Shown: positions 39,069 to 48,148 of the stretch, in pieces
Layout of the letters: each line of letters opens with the position of its first letter
Numbering within the stretch: position 1 is the stretch's first letter
Assembly (NCBI GenBank): GCA_014729775.1
Contig: WJJJ01000006.1
Coordinates: 16,694 to 80,693 of the forward strand
DNA: 64,000 nucleotides
Source: Candidatus Omnitrophota bacterium
GTDB taxonomy: Bacteria; Omnitrophota; Gorgyraeia; Duberdicusellales; 4484-171
Direction: 5' to 3'
Program-made: the position numbers and the translations under genes
Notes under the pieces: model-generated
The model's input: only the letters and a program-made list of their open reading frames with translations
Told to the model about the DNA's origin: nothing
Databases searched by the model: none

Positions 39069-40395
39069 GATGAGACGGGAGGTCTTTCAGTAAAATATTC
39101 GACTCGGCACCGGCGATCCGACGATTGAAATCAGCAAGCACCGATTTCAGTTTTTTCAAGGAAGAGGTTTCAGGCACGGGAATACTCGTCGACCCGTGGG
39201 ATTCCAGCGTCCGGAGCACCGACGCGACGGTCAATGAATGCGCGTCCCTGGCCGGCTGATACGCGGTATCCTGGTAGCCGGAAAGTTGTACTTCGTTAGC
39301 CAGCCCGTCCTGTTGAAGCTCAAAGAGTATATCCCGTACCAGCCGGATGGGAATATCCAGACGGTGGGAAATATCCTCTGCGGGAAGAGGCGCTTCTCCC
39401 CGGTCGAATCGGGATACCATCAGATGAAAAATATAGAGTGTCAGAAGACGGCGGTAGTCCAGGCTGATATTGGTGCAGTCGGGCTCGTATTCATAGGTAT
39501 CCACGTTTTGATGAGCGAAAGATATCTCGGCGCCGAACAGCACGATCAGCCAGCTCAACTGCATCCATATCAAAAAAAGCGGCAGCGCGGCGAAACTCCC
39601 GTAAATCGCGTTCATACGGGATGCCCCGATCTGCAGACCGATATAAGCCCACTGCACCACCTGATACACCGTTCCGGCCGCGATCCCGGCCACGATCCCG
39701 GATCTGATATGCACCTTGGTATTCGGCATAAACACATAGATAAAGGAAAACAGGATCCACAGCACGACAAACGGCAGGAGCCTGAGCAAAAAGAAGATCA
39801 CCGGACTGAAGGCCCCCAGAAGCGCGGTTTTTTCGACAAGCAGGGTCACCTGACTTTGAATAAAAACAGTGACACTGCTAGAAACGATAAACAGCACCGG
39901 ACAAACCATCATCACCGACAGATAATCGCTGAACTTTCGTCCGATCGACCGAGGTTTCTTCACCCCCCAGATATCGTTGAAGGAACGTTCGATATTCCCG
40001 AGCACCCGAATCACCGTCCAGAACAGAAAAACGACGCCGATCCCTGCGACCACGCCGCCGCGCGTATTCTCCAGCAAAGTACGGGAAAAGGTAATGATCC
40101 TGGTCACCACTTCTTCCTGGCCCGAAAACTTGGTGAGCAGCTGCCTCTCCAGCATTTTGTCCAGGCCGAAGCCTTTGGCGATGCCAAACAGCAGAGCGAA
40201 TACCGGCACGATTGAGAGAAGAGAGAAAAAGGTAAGAGCCGAAGCCCACAACCGGCACTTATCTTCCTGAAATCCGCGTAAGCTGAGCACCACCACCCGC
40301 AGGGGTTTGATCACATATGATCTTTTTCCGGCAAGGTCCCGGCCGCGCACGCGCCAAATGTCCCGGGTGAGGAATTGAATGATTTTTTTTACCAT
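39058..40395 (-). CDS. YihY/BrkB family membrane protein with C-terminal winged helix
   Basis: ASALTFFSLLSIVP, FNDIW and IYGSFAALPLFLIW. Rrf2-like HTH tail. Confidence 0.9.
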   Translation of the reverse strand: MVKKIIQFLTRDIWRVRGRDLAGKRSYVIKPLRVVVLSLRGFQEDKCRLWASALTFFSLLSIVPVFALLFGIAKGFGLDKMLERQLLTKFSGQEEVVTRIITFSRTLLENTRGGVVAGIGVVFLFWTVIRVLGNIERSFNDIWGVKKPRSIGRKFSDYLSVMMVCPVLFIVSSSVTVFIQSQVTLLVEKTALLGAFSPVIFFLLRLLPFVVLWILFSFIYVFMPNTKVHIRSGIVAGIAAGTVYQVVQWAYIGLQIGASRMNAIYGSFAALPLFLIWMQLSWLIVLFGAEISFAHQNVDTYEYEPDCTNISLDYRRLLTLYIFHLMVSRFDRGEAPLPAEDISHRLDIPIRLVRDILFELQQDGLANEVQLSGYQDTAYQPARDAHSLTVASVLRTLESHGSTSIPVPETSSLKKLKSVLADFNRRIAGAESNILLKDLPSHHGS

Positions 40396-40486
40396 AACTG
40401 CCTGTCTGTGACGATCCCGGCCCCCTGATGCTTCATCCCTATTTTTGCGATCGGATATCCGGGATCCAGAATCTACACAAAAGTAA

Positions 40487-40744
40487 TTACCCGTATTTGA
40501 CCTTCATCGCCAGGATCACCAGTGCCAAAGCCAGGATGAACCCGTTGGCGGCGATCATCGGCGGTTCACGCAGTAAGATGCCGTACACCAGCCAGAAAAA
40601 CACCCCCAGAGCGAACATCGAAAAAGTCACGAATGAAAGATCTCTGGTATTTCGGGTCCGAAGAATGCGGATGACCTGCGGCAGGAATGATACCGCGCAG
40701 AGCGTTCCGGCAATGACTCCGACAAGAGTATGAATACTTTCCAT
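40487..40744 (-). CDS. SemiSWEET sugar transporter
   Basis: SFLPQ PQ-loop, TRDLS, WLVYG, AN and three TM helices. Confidence 0.92.
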   Translation of the reverse strand: MESIHTLVGVIAGTLCAVSFLPQVIRILRTRNTRDLSFVTFSMFALGVFFWLVYGILLREPPMIAANGFILALALVILAMKVKYG

Positions 40745-40773
40745 TGTTTTCCACGCGGCGGGAAACGGTATGA

Positions 40774-41394
40774 TCAGCTTTCAATCCCATATTTTTGCGA
40801 TACTTCCCGCAAAAACCGCTGCGTTTTTTCCAGCACCTGTCTGGCCGCCTGCATGACTCTCAGCACTTCGGCTTCCGAAATGTCGTCGCGGGCGGCACCC
40901 AGCGTTTCCAGCTGGGTGTCCACTAATTCGGATATGATTTTGAGTTTATGCGCGTAGGTGGAATCCATCACGATTTTTAACGACCTCGGATTTAAATAAT
41001 ACTCCTTCTGTTGAAGAAGGTACTCGTCAAACCACATGTAGTTCATCAATACCGAAATCATCTGCAAACGGTCCCGCAGAGAAAGCAGGTAATACTTCTC
41101 TTTTTCGCTGATCCCCTCGTCGTTCCAGCGGCCCTTTAAAAAATTGTCGAGCCGGGTATAGACCGAATCGAGTTCCCGGAAATGCTGTTCAAACGGTCCC
41201 GCGAACTGCCCGTAATCGATCCTGGGCTTCATCTCCTCCGGCAGAAGCACTTCGCCCGCAGACGACCCTGCCCTCTGACCAGGACAAAGATGTTCTTCGG
41301 GAACGAATTGAAACACCATCGCCGCGCCGGCGGCACCTGCGGCAAGAAGCGAGAGAATCCACAAAATAAGATACCGGCTTCGCGCGTTCTTCAT
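40774..41394 (-). CDS. Hypothetical exported helical protein
   Basis: N-terminal anchor. ATG 41394 is preceded by TTGATT-N17-TATGAT-N7. Confidence 0.65.
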   Translation of the reverse strand: MKNARSRYLILWILSLLAAGAAGAAMVFQFVPEEHLCPGQRAGSSAGEVLLPEEMKPRIDYGQFAGPFEQHFRELDSVYTRLDNFLKGRWNDEGISEKEKYYLLSLRDRLQMISVLMNYMWFDEYLLQQKEYYLNPRSLKIVMDSTYAHKLKIISELVDTQLETLGAARDDISEAEVLRVMQAARQVLEKTQRFLREVSQKYGIES

Positions 41395-41439
41395 AAGAAG
41401 TATCATAACTCTTTTTGCGCAAGAAATCAATCGCGGAAA

Positions 41440-42363
41440 TTATTTTGCGGGAGCGGAAGAAGTAGTCACCGGCGGTCCCGCGGGCGCAGAAGAGCCCGAA
41501 TCTCCCGCGGACGGAGTAAGCGAAGGAAGGACCGGCTTTTCCAGGAAATGGTGATCAAGCGAGGCGGCCTGCGGCGGCATTTCTTTGGGCGGCGCGTTCT
41601 CGGCGACCGGGATGCTTTCGTCGCCGTAGGAAACCTTGAAGGGAAAGACGAACTGCACGGCTTTTACCGCCCGGTTATCGTAATCGAACTTAGTCTGCAC
41701 GTTGGGAAATATGAGCTTGATCTCTTCAATCCTGAAATCGGATTCCGGAAAAAACACGTGTCCTTCGTATTTGACGTTCGGATATATGTAGCCGCTGCGC
41801 AGCATCACTTTTTCCAGCATCGCGTCAATCCGATTGGTTTTTCGCTGAAAAAAATAATTTGCGATCTTAAAAGGCGCGTCGTAGTACCCCGGCGCGTAAT
41901 CCTCCCCAGCCTGAGTAAATCCCGATACCGGTTTCGACCAGCCCTTGGGCTGGGGCCGATAATAAGCCGCCAGATTCTGGTGCTGACCGTGCAGGTCATC
42001 GACGATAATGCACTGCTCCGGATAAATCCGGATCGGCTCATCGCTGAAATTGGCGATTTTCACGTCAAATACGATGGAATCATCCGGATAGGGATTATGC
42101 GCCCTGGTGCCGAAGAATTCACTGTCCAGAAAGAATTTATCGAGTTCCGCATGGGTCATGTGGGTAACGGTGATCTTGATATCTTCCTTGAGCACCGTCC
42201 GCGTTTTGGGCCGCAAAGAAAACTCCCCTGGCACCCGGTTTCGCTGACGGGAATAGAATTCCCGTTTTGAAAACTGCTCAAACGCCGGATTGTGCGAACT
42301 CCCGCAGCCGCTCACCGCACATAATCCGGCACACACGCAGCCGACAATGAAAATATTCTTCAT
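41440..42363 (-). CDS. Hypothetical lipoprotein
   Basis: RBS GGGGAGG, lipobox VSGC and Pro/Ser/Ala-rich tail. Confidence 0.7.
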   Translation of the reverse strand: MKNIFIVGCVCAGLCAVSGCGSSHNPAFEQFSKREFYSRQRNRVPGEFSLRPKTRTVLKEDIKITVTHMTHAELDKFFLDSEFFGTRAHNPYPDDSIVFDVKIANFSDEPIRIYPEQCIIVDDLHGQHQNLAAYYRPQPKGWSKPVSGFTQAGEDYAPGYYDAPFKIANYFFQRKTNRIDAMLEKVMLRSGYIYPNVKYEGHVFFPESDFRIEEIKLIFPNVQTKFDYDNRAVKAVQFVFPFKVSYGDESIPVAENAPPKEMPPQAASLDHHFLEKPVLPSLTPSAGDSGSSAPAGPPVTTSSAPAK

Positions 42364-42441
42364 GTACCTCCCCCTGATCAAATCCACTTCAAATATATAT
42401 TTTTTTTTGTGAGTTTGCAAGCGGAAAACGCAAATAACGTT

Positions 42442-43116
42442 TTATCTGGGGACCGTTTCCCCGCGTAAAATTCCGGGCAGAGGCTCGGCGTCGATTCTCA
42501 GACCTCCGTCATGCTCGATACGGATAGTATACAGCAGACCGGGACGGAACCGCGTCCCCGGAGCCTCGATCTGAGCGCTTTTCACCCCCGCGGCATCGGC
42601 CTGTTCCGGATCCAACGCGTATTCCCAGAATCGCCGCCACAGCCGGCGTTCGAACCGGCTTTGCACGCCGGGAATTTTGTACCCCGCGGGAATTTCATTC
42701 ACCGGAGTAATCACGAACTCCTGGGTCTCGGGCCCGTCGAGCATAAACACCTTCCAGAACAGGTACGCGCTTTTGCCCCGTAACGCGTCCTGCTGACGCA
42801 GATGAATATCACGGAACCTGATCACTAACGACTGGAACTGGATCATATCGCCGGAAAACGTATAATATTGAGGCTGGAGCGGACGGCCTTCGCTATCATA
42901 TTCCAGGAATTTAATCGTGGTGCGGTGGGCATTGGTCGCGGGAATATCCTCCACCGCAGTCACCAGCACTTCAGCCGCGCGCGAATCCGCTTCCAGACGC
43001 GATACCATCCGGCGCAGGATCTCCTGCTGCCGCAATGAACGGTAATAAAGGAACCCCGCGGTCGCGGCGGCAGCGATCATCAGCAAGATAAGAAAAGAAT
43101 AAATCTTCGCGGACAT
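42442..43116 (-). CDS. Hypothetical membrane-anchored protein
   Basis: RBS GGAGG, one TM helix and a conserved-looking body ending IEHDGGLRI. Confidence 0.7.
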   Translation of the reverse strand: MSAKIYSFLILLMIAAAATAGFLYYRSLRQQEILRRMVSRLEADSRAAEVLVTAVEDIPATNAHRTTIKFLEYDSEGRPLQPQYYTFSGDMIQFQSLVIRFRDIHLRQQDALRGKSAYLFWKVFMLDGPETQEFVITPVNEIPAGYKIPGVQSRFERRLWRRFWEYALDPEQADAAGVKSAQIEAPGTRFRPGLLYTIRIEHDGGLRIDAEPLPGILRGETVPR

Positions 43117-43177
43117 CTCCCCCTCCTGGTTCACCTTCAATCATATCCAAAAGGGATTACGGTGTAAAGCGCTTCTT

Positions 43178-43765
43178 TTACATCTCTATCGGAAGGGACT
43201 GCTCTAAGGGAGAACGCGAGCGAAGAATAAGCGGCACTTCATTGGTAATCCGCCTGCCGCCCAGTACGCGCGGCACCCGATGCAGACACCATTCACCCGA
43301 AACCGAAAAAAACTCTAATTTCTGCATCTCAAAATGTCCGTACTCAAAAAAGTCAAAAATTACTTTACCGGTTTTTTTGTCCCGGGAGATGTACCCGCGC
43401 ACAACGTAGGTAAACGGCTGCTGGGGGTCGATTTCCTGAAACTGAACCCTCTTCTTTTCCTGCGAGAAGGACGGCCCGCGGGCGCTGACCAGTTTATCCG
43501 CGGGATGCAGATAAAGATGGATTTCGGGTCTTCCCTTTTTATCCAGCGCGATACGCTGAGGACAGGGAGCGTAGAATTCAAAGATGAGATCAATCCTGTC
43601 TCCCGGGGCGTACTCCTCTTGGGGAGTACGCAGCCGCACCACTACCTCCCGCTGGGAAGAATACAGCGATTCAACCAGTTTTACCGCGCCGAGCACCATC
43701 AACACAAAAACAGTTACCCGCAGGACCCAGCGCCTGACATGAGCGGAAGCAAAAATTGTTCTCAT
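43178..43765 (-). CDS. Hypothetical membrane-anchored protein
   Basis: RBS GAGGT, one TM helix and beta-rich domain. Confidence 0.6.
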   Translation of the reverse strand: MRTIFASAHVRRWVLRVTVFVLMVLGAVKLVESLYSSQREVVVRLRTPQEEYAPGDRIDLIFEFYAPCPQRIALDKKGRPEIHLYLHPADKLVSARGPSFSQEKKRVQFQEIDPQQPFTYVVRGYISRDKKTGKVIFDFFEYGHFEMQKLEFFSVSGEWCLHRVPRVLGGRRITNEVPLILRSRSPLEQSLPIEM

Positions 43766-43880
43766 TGTACACCTCAGTTACACACTCAATTACTATGGTA
43801 AAGACACCGACCTGTTACGTCAAGAGAAAAGGCAAAGGCCGGAAGGAGGGATAAGGGATAAGAAGTAAGGGGGTAAGAGA

Positions 43881-43915
43881 GAAGAGAAGAGAAGAGAAGA
43901 GAAGAGAAGAGAAGA
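43881..43915. repeat. Pentanucleotide microsatellite (GAAGA)7
   Basis: Seven exact tandem units within a purine-rich tract. Confidence 0.9.
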
Positions 43916-44083
43916 GAAAAAACAGTGTGGAGACGGAAAGCAGAGGATCAACGACAGGCAAAAGAGAGCAACAGGACCTCTTTCCTCTGCGCAACAACGC
44001 AGCTATGCAAAATCGAGGATCAATTCGGACGGCACGACTTCCTTTATGCGCACCGGACGCCGCGATACGGGCAGGGAAATTCG

Positions 44084-44608
44084 CTATTCAGTCCCGAGGT
44101 AATCGTCGCGGTTCAAAAGGTCGTAATAATGGTCATTTATGACGGAATCTTCTTTCACGATGCCGTAAGAATGGGTTCCGGTGACCGAATCGTGATCCAC
44201 GGTACGGCCGTAAGGCGAAACCACCGCGTTACTTACCATCACTTCATCGAGCACGCCGGATAATCCGGTAAAAGTCCCTGAGAACACGACATAATCGCCT
44301 TTATTCACGTGTACCGGGAGCGCGAAGGAATCTTTCAGCATCAGCGTGACTTTTACCGCGAACGGCGAATACGGACTCGCTTCAGTGGAAAGCGTCACCC
44401 GGACGTCTTCAAACCGGTTTTTTTCAATACGGGTTACGTACCCTTTTCCGTTGATAAACTTATGAGCGTAATGCGCTTCCAATTCACGAAGCTCAGTTCC
44501 GGAAACGCCGTTGCGCAGCGCACCGTAAATATCCTGAAAAATATAATTCGCGTGTGCGGAACACGGGATCACCGCCAGCGCGATCACACAGATAATCAGC
44601 TTTTTCAT
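44084..44608 (-). CDS. Secreted protein with probable OB fold (tRNA_anti-like)
   Basis: Signal peptide (SAHA). YAHKFINGKGYVTRI...VNKGDYVVFSG pattern. Confidence 0.6.
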   Translation of the reverse strand: MKKLIICVIALAVIPCSAHANYIFQDIYGALRNGVSGTELRELEAHYAHKFINGKGYVTRIEKNRFEDVRVTLSTEASPYSPFAVKVTLMLKDSFALPVHVNKGDYVVFSGTFTGLSGVLDEVMVSNAVVSPYGRTVDHDSVTGTHSYGIVKEDSVINDHYYDLLNRDDYLGTE

Positions 44609-44697
44609 GCTCCCTCCTTGTATACTCGGATCCTTCTAAGAAAAACATTTTTCTGTTGGTCCTCCAGAATCGGAGACCGAGGATCCTGCGTCCTGGA

Positions 44698-45078
44698 TTA
44701 CGCTCTTCCCTCCAGAATCTTTCCGACCGTCATCAATAACTCCTGGCTCGTCACCGGTTTCGCGAGAGAACGCACCTCACCGGTGAGATTCTTTAAAAAC
44801 TCTTCGTCTTCTTTGGTCAAAATCCCGGTAAGAAACAACGTCGGAATCATATTGGTTTGTTCATCTTCGGAAAGCAGCCGCTTGATATCTTCTCCGCGCA
44901 TACCGGGCATAATCACGTCCAGGATGATCAAATCCGGCTGGTGCTTTTTCGCGAGCGTAAACGCTTCTTTCCCTTCTGTCGTGGAAACGACCTCATAATC
45001 CGCCCGCTGAAGCATTTGCGTGATTACACGAACCACCTCTTCCTCATCATCCACAAGCAAAATCTTCTTATTCTCCAC
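44698..45078 (-). CDS. Single-domain response regulator (receiver)
   Basis: ILLVDDE, PDLIILDVIMP, FLTG and KP. GTG start behind GGAGG. Confidence 0.9.
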   Translation of the reverse strand: MENKKILLVDDEEEVVRVITQMLQRADYEVVSTTEGKEAFTLAKKHQPDLIILDVIMPGMRGEDIKRLLSEDEQTNMIPTLFLTGILTKEDEEFLKNLTGEVRSLAKPVTSQELLMTVGKILEGRA

Positions 45079-45239
45079 TCCCCCTCCTTGATTACGTACT
45101 TCTTCCCTTGTTATTGTACTCCATTTTCTCAAGAAAGACAATAGCATCCTGCGGAGGATCTGAATCGCGCGTATCAGGTGACCGGGACGAAGAGAGCGAG
45201 TTCCTTTATGAAGAGCTGATCTCGCGGCTACACCGAAAT

Positions 45240-45395
45240 CGCATATCAGGACATCAGAATATCAGCGGGAAGTAGACTAAGGCATCAGACTATCGAGAAT
45301 AATAAGCGTGTATTCTGCTCTGTTTCTTTTCTGCCCCCCCCCGCTCACTGATATCTTATACTGATATACTCTATCGGCCTCTCACCTCTTCTCCC
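45240..45395. repeat. Composite ATATCAG-octamer intergenic element, copy B
   Basis: cgcatatcaggacatcagaatatcagc ... ctgatatcttatactgatatac inverted arm. Confidence 0.75.
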
Positions 45396-47054
45396 TCATG
45401 CTCCCATTTCCGCTTTCACGTCTTCTTCGGCAGTAGCGGCCGGACGGATATTGAATTTTTCCCGGAGGACTTTGAGCACGTTGGACGAAACAAATGCCGG
45501 AAGTGAAGGCCCCAGAACAATATTCCGCACATCCAGTGAAAACAAGGTCAGCAGAATACATACCGCTTTCTGTTCGTACCAGGAAATGATGAACGAAAGC
45601 GGCAAATCATTCACGCCGCACCCCAGTGCTTCCGCGAGACCCGAAGCGATCTTGATCGCTGAATAGGAGTCGTTACACTGACCGCAGTCAAGCAAACGGG
45701 GTATCCCGCCGATCGTTCCTAAGTCCAAACGGTTAATCCTGAACTTCCCGCAGGCCAACGTCAATATCACGCAGTCTTCGGGAACCTTCTCGGCAAATTC
45801 GGTATAATAGTTGCGGCCCGGTTTGGCGCCGTCACAACCGCCGATCAAAAAAAATCTTTTGATTTTTTTCTGCTTCACCAGATCGAGTACTTTATCGGCG
45901 ACGCCAAGCACCGCATGATGACCGAAGCCTACGGTAATCGTCTTCTCGATCCGGTCATCCTTAAATCCGCCGAGAGAAAACGCTTTTTCGATGACCGGTG
46001 AAAAGTCTTTTTTTTCGTTTCCTCCGGGAATATGCGCAATTCCGGGCCAGGCGACCAAGCCGGTGGTAAAAATTCGGTCAATGTAAGAGGATTTCGGCTC
46101 CTGGATACAATTGGTCGTCATCAGGATAACCGCGGGGATTCCGTCGAACTCCTTCTGCTGATTCTGCCAGGCCGACCCAAAATGGCCGGCAAAATGAGGA
46201 TATTTTTTCAACTCAGGGTACCCGTGCGCAGGAAGCATCTCTCCGTGGGTATAGATATTGATTCCCTTCCCTTCGGTCTGCTCCAGAAGCTGTGCAAGAT
46301 CCAGCAGATCATGCCCGGAAACAATAATTGCCGGCCCTTTTTTCACTCCGAGAGCTACTTCCGTGGGTTCGGGATGGCCGAAGCGCCCGGTATGCGCAGC
46401 ATCAAGAAGTTCAAGGCATTTTAAGTTCACGCTGCCGAACTCAAAAATCAGCTTCACCAAATCATCGGCATTCAGCGAATCGTCAACTAATGCCGCCAAA
46501 CCGCGGGAAAAGAACCGATTAACCTCGATGTCTTCCTTCCCCAGCAGTAATGCGTGATGCGCGTAGGCCGCCATTCCTTTGAGACCGTAGAGCAAAATCT
46601 CCCGCAGACTGCGAATATCCTCGTCCAATTCCGGATCACTCATAATCCCTACTTCATCAGCCCGCGAAAGCATCTGCTCACGGGTCTGCCCAGGCTCCCA
46701 TAACACTGCGCTGGGAATCCCGGCAATCCATTTCTCATCCCCCCTTTCTTCCACCCTGGCTTTGAGCATATCCCTCAAAGTTCTGGCCCGTATGATATCC
46801 GCCTCCAGCCGGGCCTCGTCAAAATTCACGTTGGTTACGGTAGTAAACAGCCCTTCCGCCAGAAATCTCGCGACCTCGGCTTCTTCCATGCCAATCTTCC
46901 GCGCTTCCGATTCGTACCAGGCGATCTGCTTCAGCAGATGAACCAATACGTCCTGCAGATCTGCGACCGGAGCTGTCTTTCCGCATACTCCTTTTTGTAA
47001 ATGACACCCTTGACCCTTCATCGTCTGCTCACATTGGCGGCAAAACATTTCCAT
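45396..47054 (-). CDS. hcp: Hybrid cluster protein (hydroxylamine/NO reductase)
   Basis: MFCRQCEQT...GC...GVCGK, SGHD, THGEMLPAHGYP, GGCDG, CGQCND and SWYEQKA. Confidence 0.97.
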   Translation of the reverse strand: MEMFCRQCEQTMKGQGCHLQKGVCGKTAPVADLQDVLVHLLKQIAWYESEARKIGMEEAEVARFLAEGLFTTVTNVNFDEARLEADIIRARTLRDMLKARVEERGDEKWIAGIPSAVLWEPGQTREQMLSRADEVGIMSDPELDEDIRSLREILLYGLKGMAAYAHHALLLGKEDIEVNRFFSRGLAALVDDSLNADDLVKLIFEFGSVNLKCLELLDAAHTGRFGHPEPTEVALGVKKGPAIIVSGHDLLDLAQLLEQTEGKGINIYTHGEMLPAHGYPELKKYPHFAGHFGSAWQNQQKEFDGIPAVILMTTNCIQEPKSSYIDRIFTTGLVAWPGIAHIPGGNEKKDFSPVIEKAFSLGGFKDDRIEKTITVGFGHHAVLGVADKVLDLVKQKKIKRFFLIGGCDGAKPGRNYYTEFAEKVPEDCVILTLACGKFRINRLDLGTIGGIPRLLDCGQCNDSYSAIKIASGLAEALGCGVNDLPLSFIISWYEQKAVCILLTLFSLDVRNIVLGPSLPAFVSSNVLKVLREKFNIRPAATAEEDVKAEMGA

Positions 47055-47120
47055 ATAACCTCCTCTGTTTTAATTACTCCCTCCTGGATCTTTGATCGCT
47101 CTATTGTAATCAATTTTATT

Positions 47121-47534
47121 TCAGGCGGCACCCTTCCCGGATAAAGAAGCAACGGTGATTCCGTCCAGTTTTTTCCTTAGGTCCTGCTGGATCTCCTTCA
47201 TCTTCCGGTGAAGAGGACATGTCGAAGAATTCACGCAGGTCTTTGGGTTTTTTAAACACTCCATCAGGGTAAGCGGTCCCTGAAAGATACGGATCACTTC
47301 TTGCAGCTGAATCGTATCCGGCAGGCGAGCAAGTCTAAACCCACCCTGTTTACCTTTTTGAGAACGCAATACTCCGGCAGCACTGAGCCTCTGGAGAATG
47401 CGACGCAGGAACGGTTGAGGGATATCAAGCTCCCTGCTCAGCTGAGCCACAGTGACAATCCTTTCCGGATAAAGACTGAGATATGAAAGCGCCCGTATCG
47501 CGTAATCAGTATCTTTGGTAATCAGCTTCATCAT
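47121..47534 (-). CDS. Rrf2 family Fe-S transcriptional regulator (NsrR-like)
   Basis: TDYAIRAL, GKQGGFRLAR and three cysteines C-x6-C-x5-C. Upstream of hcp. Confidence 0.9.
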   Translation of the reverse strand: MMKLITKDTDYAIRALSYLSLYPERIVTVAQLSRELDIPQPFLRRILQRLSAAGVLRSQKGKQGGFRLARLPDTIQLQEVIRIFQGPLTLMECLKNPKTCVNSSTCPLHRKMKEIQQDLRKKLDGITVASLSGKGAA

Positions 47535-47548
47535 TCACCTCCACATAT

Positions 47549-47576
47549 ATGATACTATTTTAGTATCATTTGTCAA
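47549..47576 (-). promoter_or_regulatory. Sigma70 promoter with overlapping palindromic operator
   Basis: TTGACA (47576-47571)-N16-TATCAT. Perfect 9-3-9 palindrome ATGATACTA-ttt-TAGTATCAT at 47549-47569. Confidence 0.8.
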
Positions 47577-47609
47577 GAAGGATCTCCTTTCCCGCGCTCC
47601 CGGACACGC

Positions 47610-47760
47610 CCCCCGTAAACGCCCCCTGTGAACTTCACCCCTGTTAACTTCAGAAGTTAACCAGAGGTAATAAAATCAACGGTTTTTCACCGGTCGTGTC
47701 AACCTACGAAGTTAACGGGAGGAAGTTAATGGGAGGTACGCGAACGGGAGGTGAACAGGA
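47610..47760. repeat. GAAGTTAAC / AACGGGAG repeat cluster with palindrome
   Basis: GTTAACTTC-a-GAAGTTAAC at 47643-47661. Tandem gaagttaacgggag / gaagttaatgggag at 47708-47735. Confidence 0.7.
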
Positions 47761-47993
47761 AGAGACCAGATTGGTCGTTTCTTGACATCTTGGGTTACAG
47801 AACGGGAACAGGAAATGAGTGATCTGGCAGAGGATTGAAAAAGAGGGGAATATTCCGGATGTGTATGTTGAGCTAATGATTCGGATAGAGCTTGGGACCT
47901 TTCTTTTCTTCCGGCTTCTCTGCTTCTTTGCCGCTTGCCTCCTTACTCCTCTTCTCTTTTACCCTTCCCCAACCTACGCGGATGAATCAGATT

Positions 47994-48148
47994 CGCATAT
48001 CAAAATATCAGTAGGAAGCGTGTCAAGCTCTCCGGCTATCAGAAACTGTTTCCACAGAGTTCTGATACCTCCTTCTCTTTTGCTTCTTACTTCTTCAGTC
48101 TCTCCTTCCCTCCAGGCTCAAGGATCGTGGATCCAGCGCATCCCGCCT
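47994..48148. repeat. Composite ATATCAG-octamer intergenic element, copy E (degenerate)
   Basis: cgcatatcaaaatatcagtaggaagc ... ctgatac, ttcttacttc and ggctcaaggatcgtggatccag. Confidence 0.55.

Noticed and set aside
43815-43997. 60-aa ORF with LFSSL repeats
   Set aside because: Translation of the GAAGA microsatellite.
47700-47760. Possible CRISPR array
   Set aside because: Units are 14 nt, adjacent and without spacers. No cas genes are present.
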